Source: Harriotta raleighana (Eukaryota). From it: 64,000 bases of DNA. The DNA lies in contig JBNZDD010013732.1 in assembly GCA_050575255.1 (NCBI GenBank), forward strand, positions 21,505,279 through 21,569,278, in the 5' to 3' direction. Position 1 is the first letter of the stretch. Every line of letters starts with the position of its first letter. Below the pieces are notes generated by a model. The model had not been told where the DNA came from. It was given only the letters and a program-made list of their open reading frames with translations, and searched no databases. This document shows, piece after piece, positions 1 through 12,302 of the stretch. Made by a program: the position numbers and the translations under genes.

Positions 1-343
1 ATAATAATAATAATAATAATAATCCTTGCATTTGATATAGCGCTTTTCACATCTTATCAACGTCCCAAAGCGCTTCACAGAATATACTGTAAAGTGAATT
101 GACTGTATATTTGTGGGCGAAACGCGGCAGCCAATTGCGCACAGCAGTGTCCCACAAACAGTCATAGATTGAAATGATCAATTTTATTATTGTAGTTTTT
201 TTTTTAGGAGGGATTATTATTAGGCATGTGGAGTAAGGAAACTTGCCCAAGGTTTCGCCCTGATCTGCCTGGATTCGAACACAGGTCTCATGCTTGAAAG
301 GCATGTAAGACGAGTGCTCTAACCACTGAGCCACAGGAGCTCC
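1..343 (-). mobile_element. Full-length young tRNA-derived SINE (Deu-like core, L2-type 3' tail, (TAT)n end)
   Basis: Minus strand starts GGAGCTCCTGTGGCTCAGTGGTTAGAGC (Pol III A box), has B box GTTCGAATCC, core TTTGTGGGACACTGCTGTGCGCAATTGGCTGCCGCGTTT and tail GTGAAGCGCTTTGGGACG...GCAAGG(ATT)n. Several homologous copies occur in the window. Confidence 0.93.
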
Positions 344-461
344 TATAAATAGATTTATTTATAAATTTATTTAGATTTACTATCTTCTCTCTCTCTATAC
401 GCCTCTTTCTCTACATTGTCCTCCATTCGCTCTCTCCATCTCTCCCAAAAAGAAATAATCC

Positions 462-525
462 TTGACTGTTTGTGGGACACTGCTGTATTTCACCCACAAA
501 ATATGGTCACTACATTTTACAGTAT
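462..525 (+). mobile_element. SINE core fragment
   Basis: GACTGTTTGTGGGACACTGCTG...CACCCACAAA matches the core of the 1-343 family. Confidence 0.6.
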
Positions 526-2344
526 ATCCTTTGGACCAAAATAGCTAGAGCTAGCTTCTCCAAAATCATGGGTGAAAGAAGTAGCCCTTTGCCATTAATA
601 TTCTTACTGATGATGAATAATACAGGAAGCAGTCATATTTTAATAAGAAACTGCAAACTAGAATAGCTTCTTGGATTCTCTCTAGAATTGGGTGAGAATT
701 GGGCTTCCTTGTAAAAGAGGATATTTCTAAAATTAAAAAAAATTCTGACTGTAATTCACCAAGTGTTTGATATCTCTCAATATCTCTCCCATAAGCAGAC
801 CAAGCAAATGGCTGCAGAAATGCATTGGCCTACTTTGAGAATTAAGGTGTCTTTGTTCAAAAGAACCAATTATGTGTGTTGGGAAGACCAAGGAGATGAG
901 TATGGCTGTACTGCTGAAGATCAATATTCTGATTCAATGAATGACAGAGAGCACATGTTATAGACTGAGTTTATAATTGAAAAGCTCACAGATGACTGAA
1001 GTTGAAAACCTTCCTTACAAATAGGATGTTGGCCTTAAAGAGAGAAAGTTTGTAAACCAATCTTGTATCTTCTCCCACAATGGGTGCTGACAACTGGTCA
1101 TGAAAATCTTGTTGACGGTACAAGAACATATTTGATCCCACACTGAAACCATTTTCTTAACCTCCTGGTGGCAGAGGCTTTGTGGGAGATTGATTCTCCT
1201 AAATTTGATTCATAAGGTGAAGGCTGAGAATAACAAATCATATGACACTTTGGGGACACCTCAGAGTTTAACCTTTGTTAGTTGAAACACAGTAACTGTT
1301 GCTGGGAGTTTTTTTTAAAAATTCAGTCACACAAGGCCCTTTTGACTGGAAGAGATTAACATTCCTAAACATTTGAAACTGAAACACTGAAAGATCTTGG
1401 CAGCTAGAAAGCTGACTTTTTCCACAGTATCTACACTGATAGTTGGCATCAATATATACTGCTGACAATCAGAGTGGGTCTGTCAAATCTTCTAAAGTGC
1501 CACAAGGAAATCTTTGTAAATGAATTCAGGAAAATAACAATGAAGTTGACCTGAAAGACATTGACAAGCCTAGAGCCTAGAGAACCCAGTGCCAAATATT
1601 GATAATGGTGCCAAAAACTGATAATGGGTACATTATTGATAGTTTTGATTTGAAGCAGCTGCCAATCATTTTCTTATTTCATTGTTCGCACAGTTGTCCA
1701 AAAACTGAGTTTGGGGAATGGACTTTCACACTGAAGATCCAAGAGGTAAGAGTGAAGCATCATTGAAAGCATCTTTGAGGGCCTAAAATTGACTATCATA
1801 AGAAGTCTTTTAAAGGCCACTTAGTGAAAGATCTAGGTAGAAAGTTTCCATGGAGGTTTCATGCTCAGCAGAGAACACTGTGGAGATACCAGAACTGATT
1901 TTTTTTTAAAAAGGCATAAATGTGTATACAAATAATACATTCATTAAAAAAAACTTCTCCACATGGTTTCATTGGGAAAAGTAGCAAAACAAAACAAGAA
2001 AAATGAACTCAATGAATTCTCAGCATGCATGTTCTAACCAGCTATAGTGGAGCAGATTGAGAACTAATGACCACTTTGCAGGCAGGATTTATGCAGGGCA
2101 GGCTTCTGCCATGAACAAAGATATTCCGTTGCTTCATGGCAACATGAAACTTTGTTACAGAAATGTACATCAAAACTCACGGATTATACATGGATTATAC
2201 TGGTTTTAAGGAGAATGTGAATGTATGCTTTCTACTCCTTTGGTGGCAATAGTAATGAAATCCCAGGAAATAACAGAACTTGTTTGATTATTTGTCTAAA
2301 TTGCTGCACAGTTTTGGTTGGCCAGTTTCCTATAAGTTTAATGC

Positions 2345-2416
2345 AGTCTTTAAGCACTCCGAGATACTCCCTCATGTGAAGGGTGATAAATAAATGGAAG
2401 TTGCTATTGTTGCTAT
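2345..2416 (+). mobile_element. Decayed L2 3' tail
   Basis: AAGCACTCCGAGATACTCC...GTGAAGGGTG...TAAATGGAAGTTG followed by degenerate (TGT)n, similar to the other L2 tails. Confidence 0.5.
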
Positions 2417-2704
2417 ATGAAAACTCATGTTGGTAAGAATGCTTCTAACTACATTATCTATTGTTTCTAGTTAGTAGTTTCATCCACTGAATGTTGCAGA
2501 AGTGTTATAGACAATGTATATCAGTTAATTCAATCTGTTTCCTATTTGCAGTCTTCTGAGGTGTTCCTGATGGTTATTGTTTCATCCTGGTGACAGTAAT
2601 GAAGAGTACTTGATAACTTAAACAACAGTAATTTAAATCAATATTTTTTTATCACTGTTTTCCCTCAATTCTGAAGGTTGTGCTCATTCTGATATAGTTT
2701 TGCA

Positions 2705-3068
2705 ATAAAAATCCTTACATTTAGCTATAGTGTCTTTCATGTCAGAAGGACATCTCAAAGCGCTTTCCAGAATATATTATGAAGTGCCGTAACTGTATTT
2801 TTGGGCAAAACACAGCAGAACCGAAGTACAGCCACAAAGCTACAAATACCAATATCCGATAAACAGCCATGAAGTGAATGACCAATTTTATATGGGGATT
2901 GTTGGCCAGGACAGCTGAAGAAACACCCTTCAATATTAGAGTAGTACCATTGGTTATTTTATTTTCCACTCAAACAGGCAGACGGGACCTTGGTTTACCA
3001 TCTCATCTGAAGGAATGCAACTCTAACAATCTAACACATTCCATCATTGCACTGGCCTGCCAGCTGAC
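2705..3068 (-). mobile_element. Older Deu-domain SINE (SacSINE1/AmnSINE1-like), diverged
   Basis: Shares the 3' tail with the young SINE and adds the longer Deu-type segment (+ strand ACAGGCAGACGGGACCTTGGTTTACCATCTCATCTGAAGG). Family name is from recollection of consensus sequences. Confidence 0.65.
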
Positions 3069-3072
3069 AATA

Positions 3073-3359
3073 TTAATAATAATGATAATAATAATCCTTG
3101 TATTTAATATAGTGCTTTTCACATCTTCTAGATGTCTCAAAGTGCTTCACAGATATACTGCAAAGTGAATTGCCTATATATTTGTAATTGCACACTGCAG
3201 TGTCCCACAAACAGTCATGGATAGAATTTACCAATTTTTTTGAGGGATTATTATTAGGCATTGGAGTAAGGAAACATGCCCAAGGTTTTGCCCTGTCTGG
3301 AATCAAACCCAGATTTCTTGCTTGCAAGGCAAGTGCTCTAACCACTGAGCTACAGGACT
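3073..3359 (-). mobile_element. Near full-length young tRNA-derived SINE
   Basis: (TAA)n, tail, core and tRNA-like head (GTAGCTCAGTGGTTAGAGCAC on minus) collinear with 1-343. Confidence 0.92.
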
Positions 3360-3711
3360 AAATGTGTGAGTTCAAAGTCCTCTATACACATATCTCTCCA
3401 GTATCATCCAAAAATGTAATACTTGGCATTTACCATCGGCTGTGGAGGACATTGTAGAGAGACTGATTCTAAAGATCTGATTTTCAAACTTGAAAAAGCA
3501 GTGGAAAATATAAAGCTGTCACACAAACATCCTGGAGCATCATCATGGAAAGCATTTCTGAGATACTGCAGTTGTCTTAAATCATGTTGCTTAAGGCTAT
3601 TCAAAGTATTATCCTGCAGACATGAAGGCAACAGACATATTTGTCAAGCATGTTTTTTGACCATAGCTATGGGTAGGATTTACATGGAATGTAATTGCTT
3701 CATCTTCTGAA

Positions 3712-3835
3712 TTCGGCTAATTTCGCCCTCCCTAGCCTAGGGGTGTGAATGATTATTCAAGTGTTCTACTTGCCACCCTGATTGAGTTCAGCAAACTTAG
3801 GACACATCAGCAAACTCAACACTGAATTGTGTATT
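3712..3835 (-). mobile_element. Ancient tRNA-SINE fragment (AmnSINE2/UCON3-like)
   Basis: Minus GTGTTGAGTTTGCTGA...CTAGGCTAGGGAGGGCGAAATTAGCC, similar to 45120-45275 and 63615-63955. Confidence 0.45.
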
Positions 3836-5439
3836 TGCCCACTAGATCAAAGAAGATTGTCAGTTCCACATTGGTTTCTGAATTAATAGTATAATTAATT
3901 GTTTTGAACATTAATGTTACTCCTGCTTCCTTTGCTCTCAAACCTTCAACTAGTTGGCTCATTTATTTTTCCAAGGGGCCTCTATGCTTTATAAAACAAA
4001 GTTGCTAACACTACTTGTAAAGCTAATTAGTGTTTAGCCCTACAATAAAACCATGGCATAAAATTTGGACCAAATCTGTAATAAACAGAATGCACAGTGT
4101 GCAATCAAGCTGCTGTACATTGCAATGAGAATTAATGGCTCCACATGACAATGGTAAATCCTACAACTCCCGCTGAGTGTGTTTAATAATTTTTCACTCC
4201 TTCCAGATTGTTCCCATCACGCATAATTCCCAAGAACCTAATCAGCCTCCCTTCCCATCAATATTGTACCGATATTTTAGCATTCCAAACGATCTGCAAT
4301 TGAATATGGCACTTTGTCTCATTATTAAGCTGCTGACCTATGAGGCAATGAATAAATACTCTACAGATTCCTTTGCAAGACAAGGTTCAAATTCTCAATG
4401 CTCTCTGCACACAAATTGATTGTTTCGAATGCTAGTTGTGATTTCAATACTCTGCACTTTGGAACTTTGTAAATAGTTTTGAAATACATGCACAACAATT
4501 GCCAAATTTGTAATATTCTAAAGATGTTCTAGTTTATTCAACAAAGTGCCCCAAACCACCAGCAATTTCCCATTTAAAATCACCCAGAACGTCCCATAAA
4601 CATCTGGCTGAAGAGAGGTTAAATCATTATTCATTAAATAATTCTGTGCTTCTTATCCATTGGCAAAGATTGTTTTTAACTAAAGTAAATCTTCTGAAAT
4701 CAAAGTGATGGCATGTTTTCATTTTCTTTTAAAAAAGGCTTCCAACTATCAATCCTACAATAAAGGAAATTAATTTGAAAACCATGTACATAATATGGAA
4801 CAAACCAAAAGAACACATATACAACCTTGGACAGGGAAGGGGAGTTGATTTAACCAAGACCATTTTGCCAAGTCCGTCTCAGGAAACCCGTCTCAGAGGT
4901 AACACAAAACTCCATTGCTTCTTTAGTGCCACAAGCAATGCTATCCAGTACTGTACTCCATTACTCTTGCAACTGTTCAAAATGCACCACTAACATTAGC
5001 TACGGTAAATAACTTTGGTATCCAGGTTCTTCCATAGGTTAGAATAGCTTTACATGAACAAAGGAAACGCAGAAACTTATAATCAAGAACACATATACTC
5101 CCAAATAGGGAAAGTCAAATAGCAAGATTTAACTGAAGACAACTCATTACAATTGTCCATTAAAAGCAGACAAGTTGGCCTTCCAAGAAAAGGTGAAGGA
5201 AGCAATCTTTTCATCTCCTTCCTCCCGCTACCATATTTCCACTGGTGGTACCATATGGATATTTAAGTACGATTAACAACAAACCGCAGGAGTGATGTGC
5301 ATAATGCACTTCCAACCTATGAGAGATGAGTTCCTATCCCAAATGAACCCATTCCAGTGTCTCAGAAATCTAGTCAATTTTTCAGGGCATGTTTGTAGCC
5401 TAATTTCCCACGATTTCCCCAACAATTGGGTATTTTGTG

Positions 5440-5500
5440 GGAGTTGAGATGATAAGGTGCTATATCTAATGCAAGGATTATTATTATTATTATTATATTA
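5440..5500 (+). mobile_element. Isolated SINE/L2-type 3' tail with (TAT)n
   Basis: GATAAGGTGCTATATCTAATGCAAGG(ATT)n. Confidence 0.75.
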
Positions 5501-5948
5501 TTACCACTGCTGATATCCAAGCTTTCAGAAACAATGATCCCAGTTATCTGGAACTCTCCCCCCATTTCCTTTGAGATCTACAAGTGGAAAGCTATTGTTA
5601 ATGATTATGTAACTAAAAGTTGATTCCTGTTAGTGACTGTGTGTGAAATCCCACTCTGTACACCTATAACTGGAGAGCTCATCTTTTTTTAAAAATGTGA
5701 TTCTGTGGGGAAATATTAAAATACTGAATTAAATTGTCACTTGATTTAATTTAACTTAAAAAAAATGCATTCAAAATGCAAGTTCTAGCAGAATATCTTT
5801 GGAGTAGGGAAAGGAAATCAAAAGTGGGTATCCTCTCTTACAGTTTTGAATTTCAATCAATAGTTGTGGATTCCTTTTCATTATTGCAGTTTTCTCTTTT
5901 TTAGGAAGGCCATGGGTTTAGGGTGTGAAAACAGGAAATCACAGGGTA

Positions 5949-6000
5949 GCAATAACAATAAATTACATTTGTATAGTGCCTTTCACGTCAGGAGAACATC
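5949..6000 (-). mobile_element. L2 3' tail fragment
   Basis: CAATAACAATAAATTACATTTGTATAGTGCCTTTCACGTCAGGAG matches the L2 end at 24778. Confidence 0.7.
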
Positions 6001-9000
6001 ATACAACACAAGATCAGGATCCATCATCAGCAGTATTCTCTTCCAGCAACTCTCCCAATTTGTTTCCCAAAAGTTTAGCATCTATTTTCTGGTAATGTTG
6101 CTCATTACTCGCCCTGTGGGGGCGAGTAAGGGTTTGTCCAAACCCTTCCCTCTCTGCTCCCCCACCTTCTTCTACCAGCATTTAAAATAAACTAAAGATC
6201 CATAAAGGAATGGCAAATTTTAAAATTAATCCCAAAGGATTATTGAAACATAATCTCTCATCAAAACTACAAGCATTTTATCAGAGCAACAGTTCAATGT
6301 AGGTGTTTGATGTTTTCTCATATAATAGAACAGGAATATAAATATATTGTTAATGTATCATAAAAAGCAATGACAATGAACCATATATCAATGATAAATG
6401 TCACAGTAATAATAAAGTGAGGACTTATAAGTAGTGCATTAATAGAATACACTTTAGACATTGCTATATTTTGTTGGAACATTCAGCCCCAGAGCAAGTG
6501 GAGCTCACAAAAAAGATGATTAGTTATGAAATGAAAGAAAAGCACAAGTGACCAAGATACATAAATTATATCAGAAATGCTAAATAAATACAAGATTCAA
6601 TGAATGAAGTTGAATAGTTTCATTTTACAACTCACAGACTGCACCAAAGATCAGCATTCAGGAAATAAAAGAAAAAAGACCCAGTAAATCCAGATCAAAA
6701 ACATGGTTCCCCATTAGCTCTCCCCTCACCCGCCCTCTAATACACATACACAAAAGCACAAAATAGAATTTAGTTATTGACCAACTGGTATATGATAAAT
6801 CACGTTTGCTCTTAAATTTTCAGGTAGATTTTGCAAGTCGCATTAATGGAAAGTTATAGCTAAATGAGGTAAACACCACTTTATGTGAGTAAACCGAGTT
6901 TTCCCAAATACCACTCATATTTTCACTCACAAAATATCTTAATTTGCCTACGTGAACTCACATGATATGCATTTGTATCTAGGCCTTAGTATGAACATAT
7001 AAATGGACAAGACAGATTGTAACTATAAATTGAAGGAAATCACAAGACCACATGTGATGTTTGGACAAAGAAGGTCCTGGGCTAATTTGATCCCTACTTT
7101 TTCAGAATTCTGACTCTGCAATGTCTTTTCATTATATCATCAAGTTATTTCTTCAATGAGCTTCATCATTTTGTCTCGTAAATAGTTGCAGCTGATGATT
7201 ACCCTCTGTAAGGTGGATTTACCCACTTCTACGCTCCCCTTCCCCACCGCCCCCCTAAACACACAAACATTAACACAAAGATTAACTGTCAAATCAGATT
7301 TGAAGGATGCGTGTCCAAATTTGCTCTTCATTATTACCCCTGGATGCATAGAATGGAAAATGGAAAACCAATCAAATTGTAGTCAACAACTTAAATTAAA
7401 ACTCCACCACACTTATTTGTGTGTATAGGTACAAAACTACTTATACATTGAAATCTTATCATCTTCATTAGAATTTTAAAAAAAACTTGTGTGTATCCAG
7501 ACATGGAAACAAATGGACAGCAAAACCATTCCACTGGGATCTGATAACAATTCACATCTGTCAGGACGTTGCCAAATTTGCTTATTAGCAGGTTTGTGGA
7601 TTCAACTGTATTCCAAAACCATCAAAAGGTATTCATACATGACAAAGTATACTCTGTATAATTAATTTGTTTTAATCCAAGGGACTTGCAAAAACCTAAT
7701 GCATGTTAATGAAGATGTAGTATAGTTCTGATTTTAGTAATTTTGAAACATGAGACCACGACAGCCTTAACGAGAAACAAGCTAATAACCAGTTTGCAAG
7801 TTGTGGACTGATTTACAGTTTTGTCAACAACAAAAGCCTTCATGCAATTCACATTATGCTGCACCCACAAAAATCAAATGAACTGAATTGGTTTATACTG
7901 TAAATATGAACTAAAACCATAACACTTATCTGATGAAACACTTATCATTGAAATATAAGTCAGTGTAATCATCCTTCAAACAGATGATTTTTTTTCACAA
8001 TTTAACAACAAACATCACTTGTTTATTTAATCCTTGGATTGTTGTTGGGAGTTCCAGGGAATCATCAATCTCCCTTGGATTGACACTTTTTAAAAATAAA
8101 AAGTTTTCATTTTACATTCCGCAACTTTGAAACAAATATTAATTTGAACAAGAATGCTCTGAAGCCCAGTATTTTTCAAGTTGTCTGGAGTCCTAACACT
8201 AAATATTGACCAGATGCATTCACGTGCAACCAAACACACTGAATGTCAAATCATGTCTGGAGATAAAAGCTGGCTCATGGCATGGTAAGGCTGAAATATA
8301 TTTTTCTCTCATTGTGTAATACTGCTCAATCCTCTATCCGGCAAGTCAAATAGTTTTGTATGTGAAGATTTCTATATCACTGTCACTCAAACACTAGTGC
8401 AGTACACTTGTATTTTCCCCTCCTTCCTTGATTTGGGATAATGTACTGGGATGCACTTTGTGTCCAGCGATGCCACAAAACAATACAGCACAGATAAATA
8501 TCTAAACTACTCTGACACCAAAACTAAAACCACTGCTGTAAAGATACTTCCCTGCCAGCATCGCATTTCATCATCTTTGCACTCAATGATACAGTACCTG
8601 GATATTTTTGCATCTGTGAATGCCAAATATAAGATTGATCTGCTTCAAGTACTTCACATGCAACAATGGAATCCTGATATCCACCATCAAAAAAACATCA
8701 ACTCAATTCTTTAAAACTACATTTTTGTCAGAGACTTCAGAGACTAAAAGCAGTTCACAAAGAAAGGTTTAACAAAGTGCCTTTTTATTCTGAGTGACAG
8801 GAGTGGAAGAAGTCAACTCTAAGTCAAATATGAAATATTATCGCAAACCAGCAGGGTTTTTTTTTAATGGTCTGATGTAAAACATACCATGCACTACAAA
8901 GAGTCTGAGTACTTGGTTAATTATGGGAATTAAAATTTTGGTGCGGTGGAACCCTGCTACAAGCAAATGTCAGCATGATGGCAATATACCCCCAAAAGAG

Positions 9001-9129
9001 TCTGTTACAGTACTTAGAAACAATTCATGTATATAGCTAACAATTTACTAACATCAGGTTCCCACATATATTTATGTAAACACACTAATTTAGTATCACT
9101 TTTACACTAATTTGATGGAGCTCTCATCT

Positions 9130-9465
9130 TTTGGTCACAAGCTAGTGGGTTTGTGCTTCATGAAACAAGTAGAGGTCATGAACATGTACTGAGGAAGCAT
9201 AGGATTGTTGCAGGTGCTGTCACAAAAAGATTGCATGTCACTACTTAAAAGAACATGGAGAATTCCCCCAGGGTCTTTGCCAAAACATGTCCATCATCAA
9301 AATTGAAATAAAAATGCACTGATTAATTGCCATTAAACTCATTTGTGGGACAATAGTGGTGCAAATTGTTATTGCATTTGGTTACATCACCATCGCCACA
9401 CTTTAAAGTGTGACCTTCCCTGATTGTGTGAAGCACATTTAGACACTATACATATCAGATGCATA
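9130..9465 (+). mobile_element. Old, highly diverged Deu-domain SINE
   Basis: GTACTGAGGAAGC...GGTGCTGTC, GGAGAATTCCCCCAGGGTCTTTGCCAA, ATTTGTGGGACAATAGTGGTGCAAATTG and GTGAAGCAC occur in the expected order. Confidence 0.55.
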
Positions 9466-9821
9466 TATCATTTAATTTATGGAGCTAACCCATATAGTTC
9501 AGAATCACCAATCTTAGACAGACAACTGCTATACCTTCAATCAACAGAATGCAAAAACATTTTCATAATTATGAATTTATAATTATTGGCTGAATAATTC
9601 AAGGAACACTAATCAGTTATATTGCAAACACATTCACAGAATGATTCCCAGAACCCTTGTGAGGTAACATTCCTCTCACATAAATAGTGCAACAACAAAA
9701 ACAAAACATTGTGCAAAATAAATTTGCCTTCTTAAAAAACACACTTTGGTCTCAAAATACTGTATAAACTGGGATTATTACATTTTTTAAAAGGATAAAC
9801 TCAGAAAAACCGATAGAGGTG

Positions 9822-9872
9822 GCCCGGACACGATGGTCCAAATGGCCTCCTTTTGTGCAGAAAATCCTATGC
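9822..9872 (+). mobile_element. CR1 LINE 3' terminal fragment
   Basis: GACACGATGGTCCAAATGGCCTCCTTTTGTGC matches the CR1 3' ends at 13322 and 44160. Confidence 0.7.
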
Positions 9873-9922
9873 ATCTTCTCTAACAGGAGGAAACCATTCA
9901 GCCCATTGAGTTGCTCTGAACT

Positions 9923-9987
9923 TCCTTGGGACGTCCTCCCAATGTGAAAGGCGCTCTATAAATGTAAATTTGTTGTTGTGTTGTTGT
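9923..9987 (+). mobile_element. L2 3' tail with (TGT)n
   Basis: CCTTGGGACGTCCTCCCAATGTGAAAGGCGCTCTATAAATGTAAATT(TGT)n. Confidence 0.85.
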
Positions 9988-10020
9988 AATCTGGGCAAGC
10001 AGCTGTGATTGGTAAAATCC

Positions 10021-10151
10021 AATGGTTCCAATCCTAGTTTCTAGAAGTAACACCACCACTCTAAACAGTTCTTACAAAATAGCATNATTGGTTCCAATCC
10101 CAGTTTCTAGAAGTAACACCACCACTCTAAACAGTTCTTACAAAATAGCAT
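10021..10151. repeat. 65-bp direct duplication split by a single N (probable assembly artefact)
   Basis: 10021-10085 and 10087-10151 differ at 2 positions, with n at 10086. Confidence 0.85.
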
Positions 10152-10479
10152 TTACAAAAAAAATTCAGAACGGATTAATTAATTTGAGGTTGAAAAGTGT
10201 TCCTTTGAATTACATAAATGTGTAATTTGGCACATAAAACATAGTGGTTCTGATTTTACAATCTAGTTAATGTTGTTCATTACTCTTAATACCAATCTGT
10301 TCCATCCACCTATTTAACACATGCCAGTTGTTATTTAACAAAAAAAAACTCTTTGATCTTTGCTCTATGAATTGTTTGGAACTGAAAAGTTTCTTTGTAG
10401 TTTTTTTTGCTAATACTGTATTTGACATGTGGCCCTTTTAATTATTGCCTTCAGTGTCATGGTTCATGAGCTGAAATGT

Positions 10480-10815
10480 ATAATAATAATAATCCTTACA
10501 TTTGAAATAGTGCTTTTTCACTTATTCTAGATGTCTCAAAATGCTTCACAGAATATACTGTAAAGTGAATTGACTGTACATTTGTGGGTGAAACGGGGAA
10601 ATTGCAGCCAATTGCATACAACAGTGTCCCACAAAAAGTCGTGGATTGGAATGATTTATTATTGTGTTTTTTGAGGTATTATTATTAGGTGTGTGGAGTA
10701 AGGAAACTTGTCCAAGGTTTTGCCCTGCCTGGAATCGAATACAGGTCTCTCGTTTGTAAGGNACAGGTCTCTCGCTTGTAAGGCGAGTCCTCCAAGCACT
10801 GAGCTACAGATCTCC
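10480..10815 (-). mobile_element. Full-length young tRNA-derived SINE
   Basis: Collinear with 1-343; includes a 21-bp duplication around the n at 10762. Confidence 0.92.
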
Positions 10816-10994
10816 ACAATCTTCACCTGAAATGTCGTGTGATTTTGTTATGTGATTTTCTTCAAAAAACACTAACCTGACAAAAGGAACTGTGGGAAAA
10901 TACTGTTGGCTCGTAGAGAAGCTGAATTTCAAATGAAAATGTACTCCAAAGAAAAATACTTGCATACGATATTAAAAATAATAAAAATGTGGGT

Positions 10995-11148
10995 GACCCA
11001 ATCCACGACTGTTTGTAGGACAAGGCTGTGCTCAATTAGCTGCTGCATTTCACCCACAAAATAAATGTATTCTATATTGATAGTGAAAGCTTTGATACGT
11101 TTCGAAGATGTGATAAGGCGCTCTATCAAATGCAAGCATTATTATTAC
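10995..11148 (+). mobile_element. SINE 3' half
   Basis: GACTGTTTGTAGGACAAGGCTGTGCTCAATTAGCTGC...GATAAGGCGCTCTATCAAATGCAAGC(ATT)n. Confidence 0.8.
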
Positions 11149-11164
11149 ATAGCTTGGATCTTAT

Positions 11165-11245
11165 TACAACGACAACTTGCATTTATTTGGCATGCTCCAC
11201 GCAGGGTAGCATCTCAAAGCAAAGTGGAAGTGCTTCACACAGGGT
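11165..11245 (-). mobile_element. Decayed L2-type 3' tail
   Basis: ACAACGACAACTTGCATTTAT...CATCTCAAAGC...GTGCTTCAC. Confidence 0.55.
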
Positions 11246-11989
11246 AATACGTAAAATCTATATTGGTAGAATGTCCAAAGACGGTTAAAAATGTTGTCCT
11301 CTTAAAGTTTTGCTTTTTAGTCCAGCTAGTTTTTGTTAATATTTTAAAGAATTGGTTTCATTTATACCTCACAGCCTCTCCCTCATCAACCTGACCCACA
11401 CGGCAACAACAAAGCATTGCATTTTGCTTGCTTCTGCCCACCTTGCCTCCCCTACCAGGAAGATCATTCCCCATCTCAGTAGGAGTCTTACTCATGAGAA
11501 ATGAGAACATTTGCCCTGTGACCACCAAATTCATTCAGCCCAGCTGCTGAACTGCTCATGCAGAACCACTAATATCCCAGCATGCCCTACTGATTAGCTT
11601 CCTTCCATAAACCATTAAGCCAGCAATAATGTGCGAGCATGATCCCTGGCTTTAGGTTCAGGTGGATTCCCGTTAATTTCAAAATGATTTGTTTGCAGTT
11701 AAACAGATATGCACTGTACAGCAATATTATTCATGGTGGGGGAAACATTCTACATTTTGAAATTCCATAGATTGAAGTCCACAGCCACAGTGTTAACTGC
11801 ACCAATGTGTTTGTATTCCAGGCATATGGAGCATTAACCAAACAGAGGTACACAATAGGCTGTTTAGCTTCAAATCCAAATTTTAAAAGTTTCAGTTTTG
11901 GATTCATTTATGTTCAATATCAATAATTGATTTTTTTTAAAAAAAACTGTTAATAGAACACACAAATTCAGCAGTGCGTTTCACATTAA

Positions 11990-12302
11990 GGGGGTTGGGG
12001 GTAAGTGGAGGATTCAAAGGAGAGTGTTCCAATGTTTCAGGGTGTAATGGCTGAAAGAATGGCCTCCAATGGTGGAGTAGAGACTGCAAGGGACAAGCAG
12101 GAGGCCGGTGCCACTTTACAGGAGGCACCGGTTGGTGGATTAGGGACTGAGGAGGTTGGAGATGCAGAGAGGTGCCAGAGAGTTGTGGGTGGAGGAGCAG
12201 GAGGCACTGAGTATAAGCGTGTTACATTTGTAGTAAGCAGTGTCTTCGGACATTCTCGCAATGTGAAAAGCACTATGCAAACGTAATTTTGTTGTTGTTG
12301 TA
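11990..12302. mobile_element. Decayed L2 3' region (minus, G-rich) followed by a plus-strand L2 tail
   Basis: G-rich segment GGAGAGTGTTCCAATGTTTCAGGG resembles 32420-32460. The tail GGACATTCTCGCAATGTGAAAAGCACTATGCAAACGTAATTT(TGT)n lies at 12240-12302. Confidence 0.6.

Noticed and set aside
700-1650. Decayed coding sequence or processed pseudogene
   Set aside because: Purine-rich and coding-like by eye, but I found no recognisable protein motif and it has frequent stops.
10022-10225. ORF with a tandem peptide repeat
   Set aside because: Produced by the N-split 65-bp duplication, most likely an assembly artefact.
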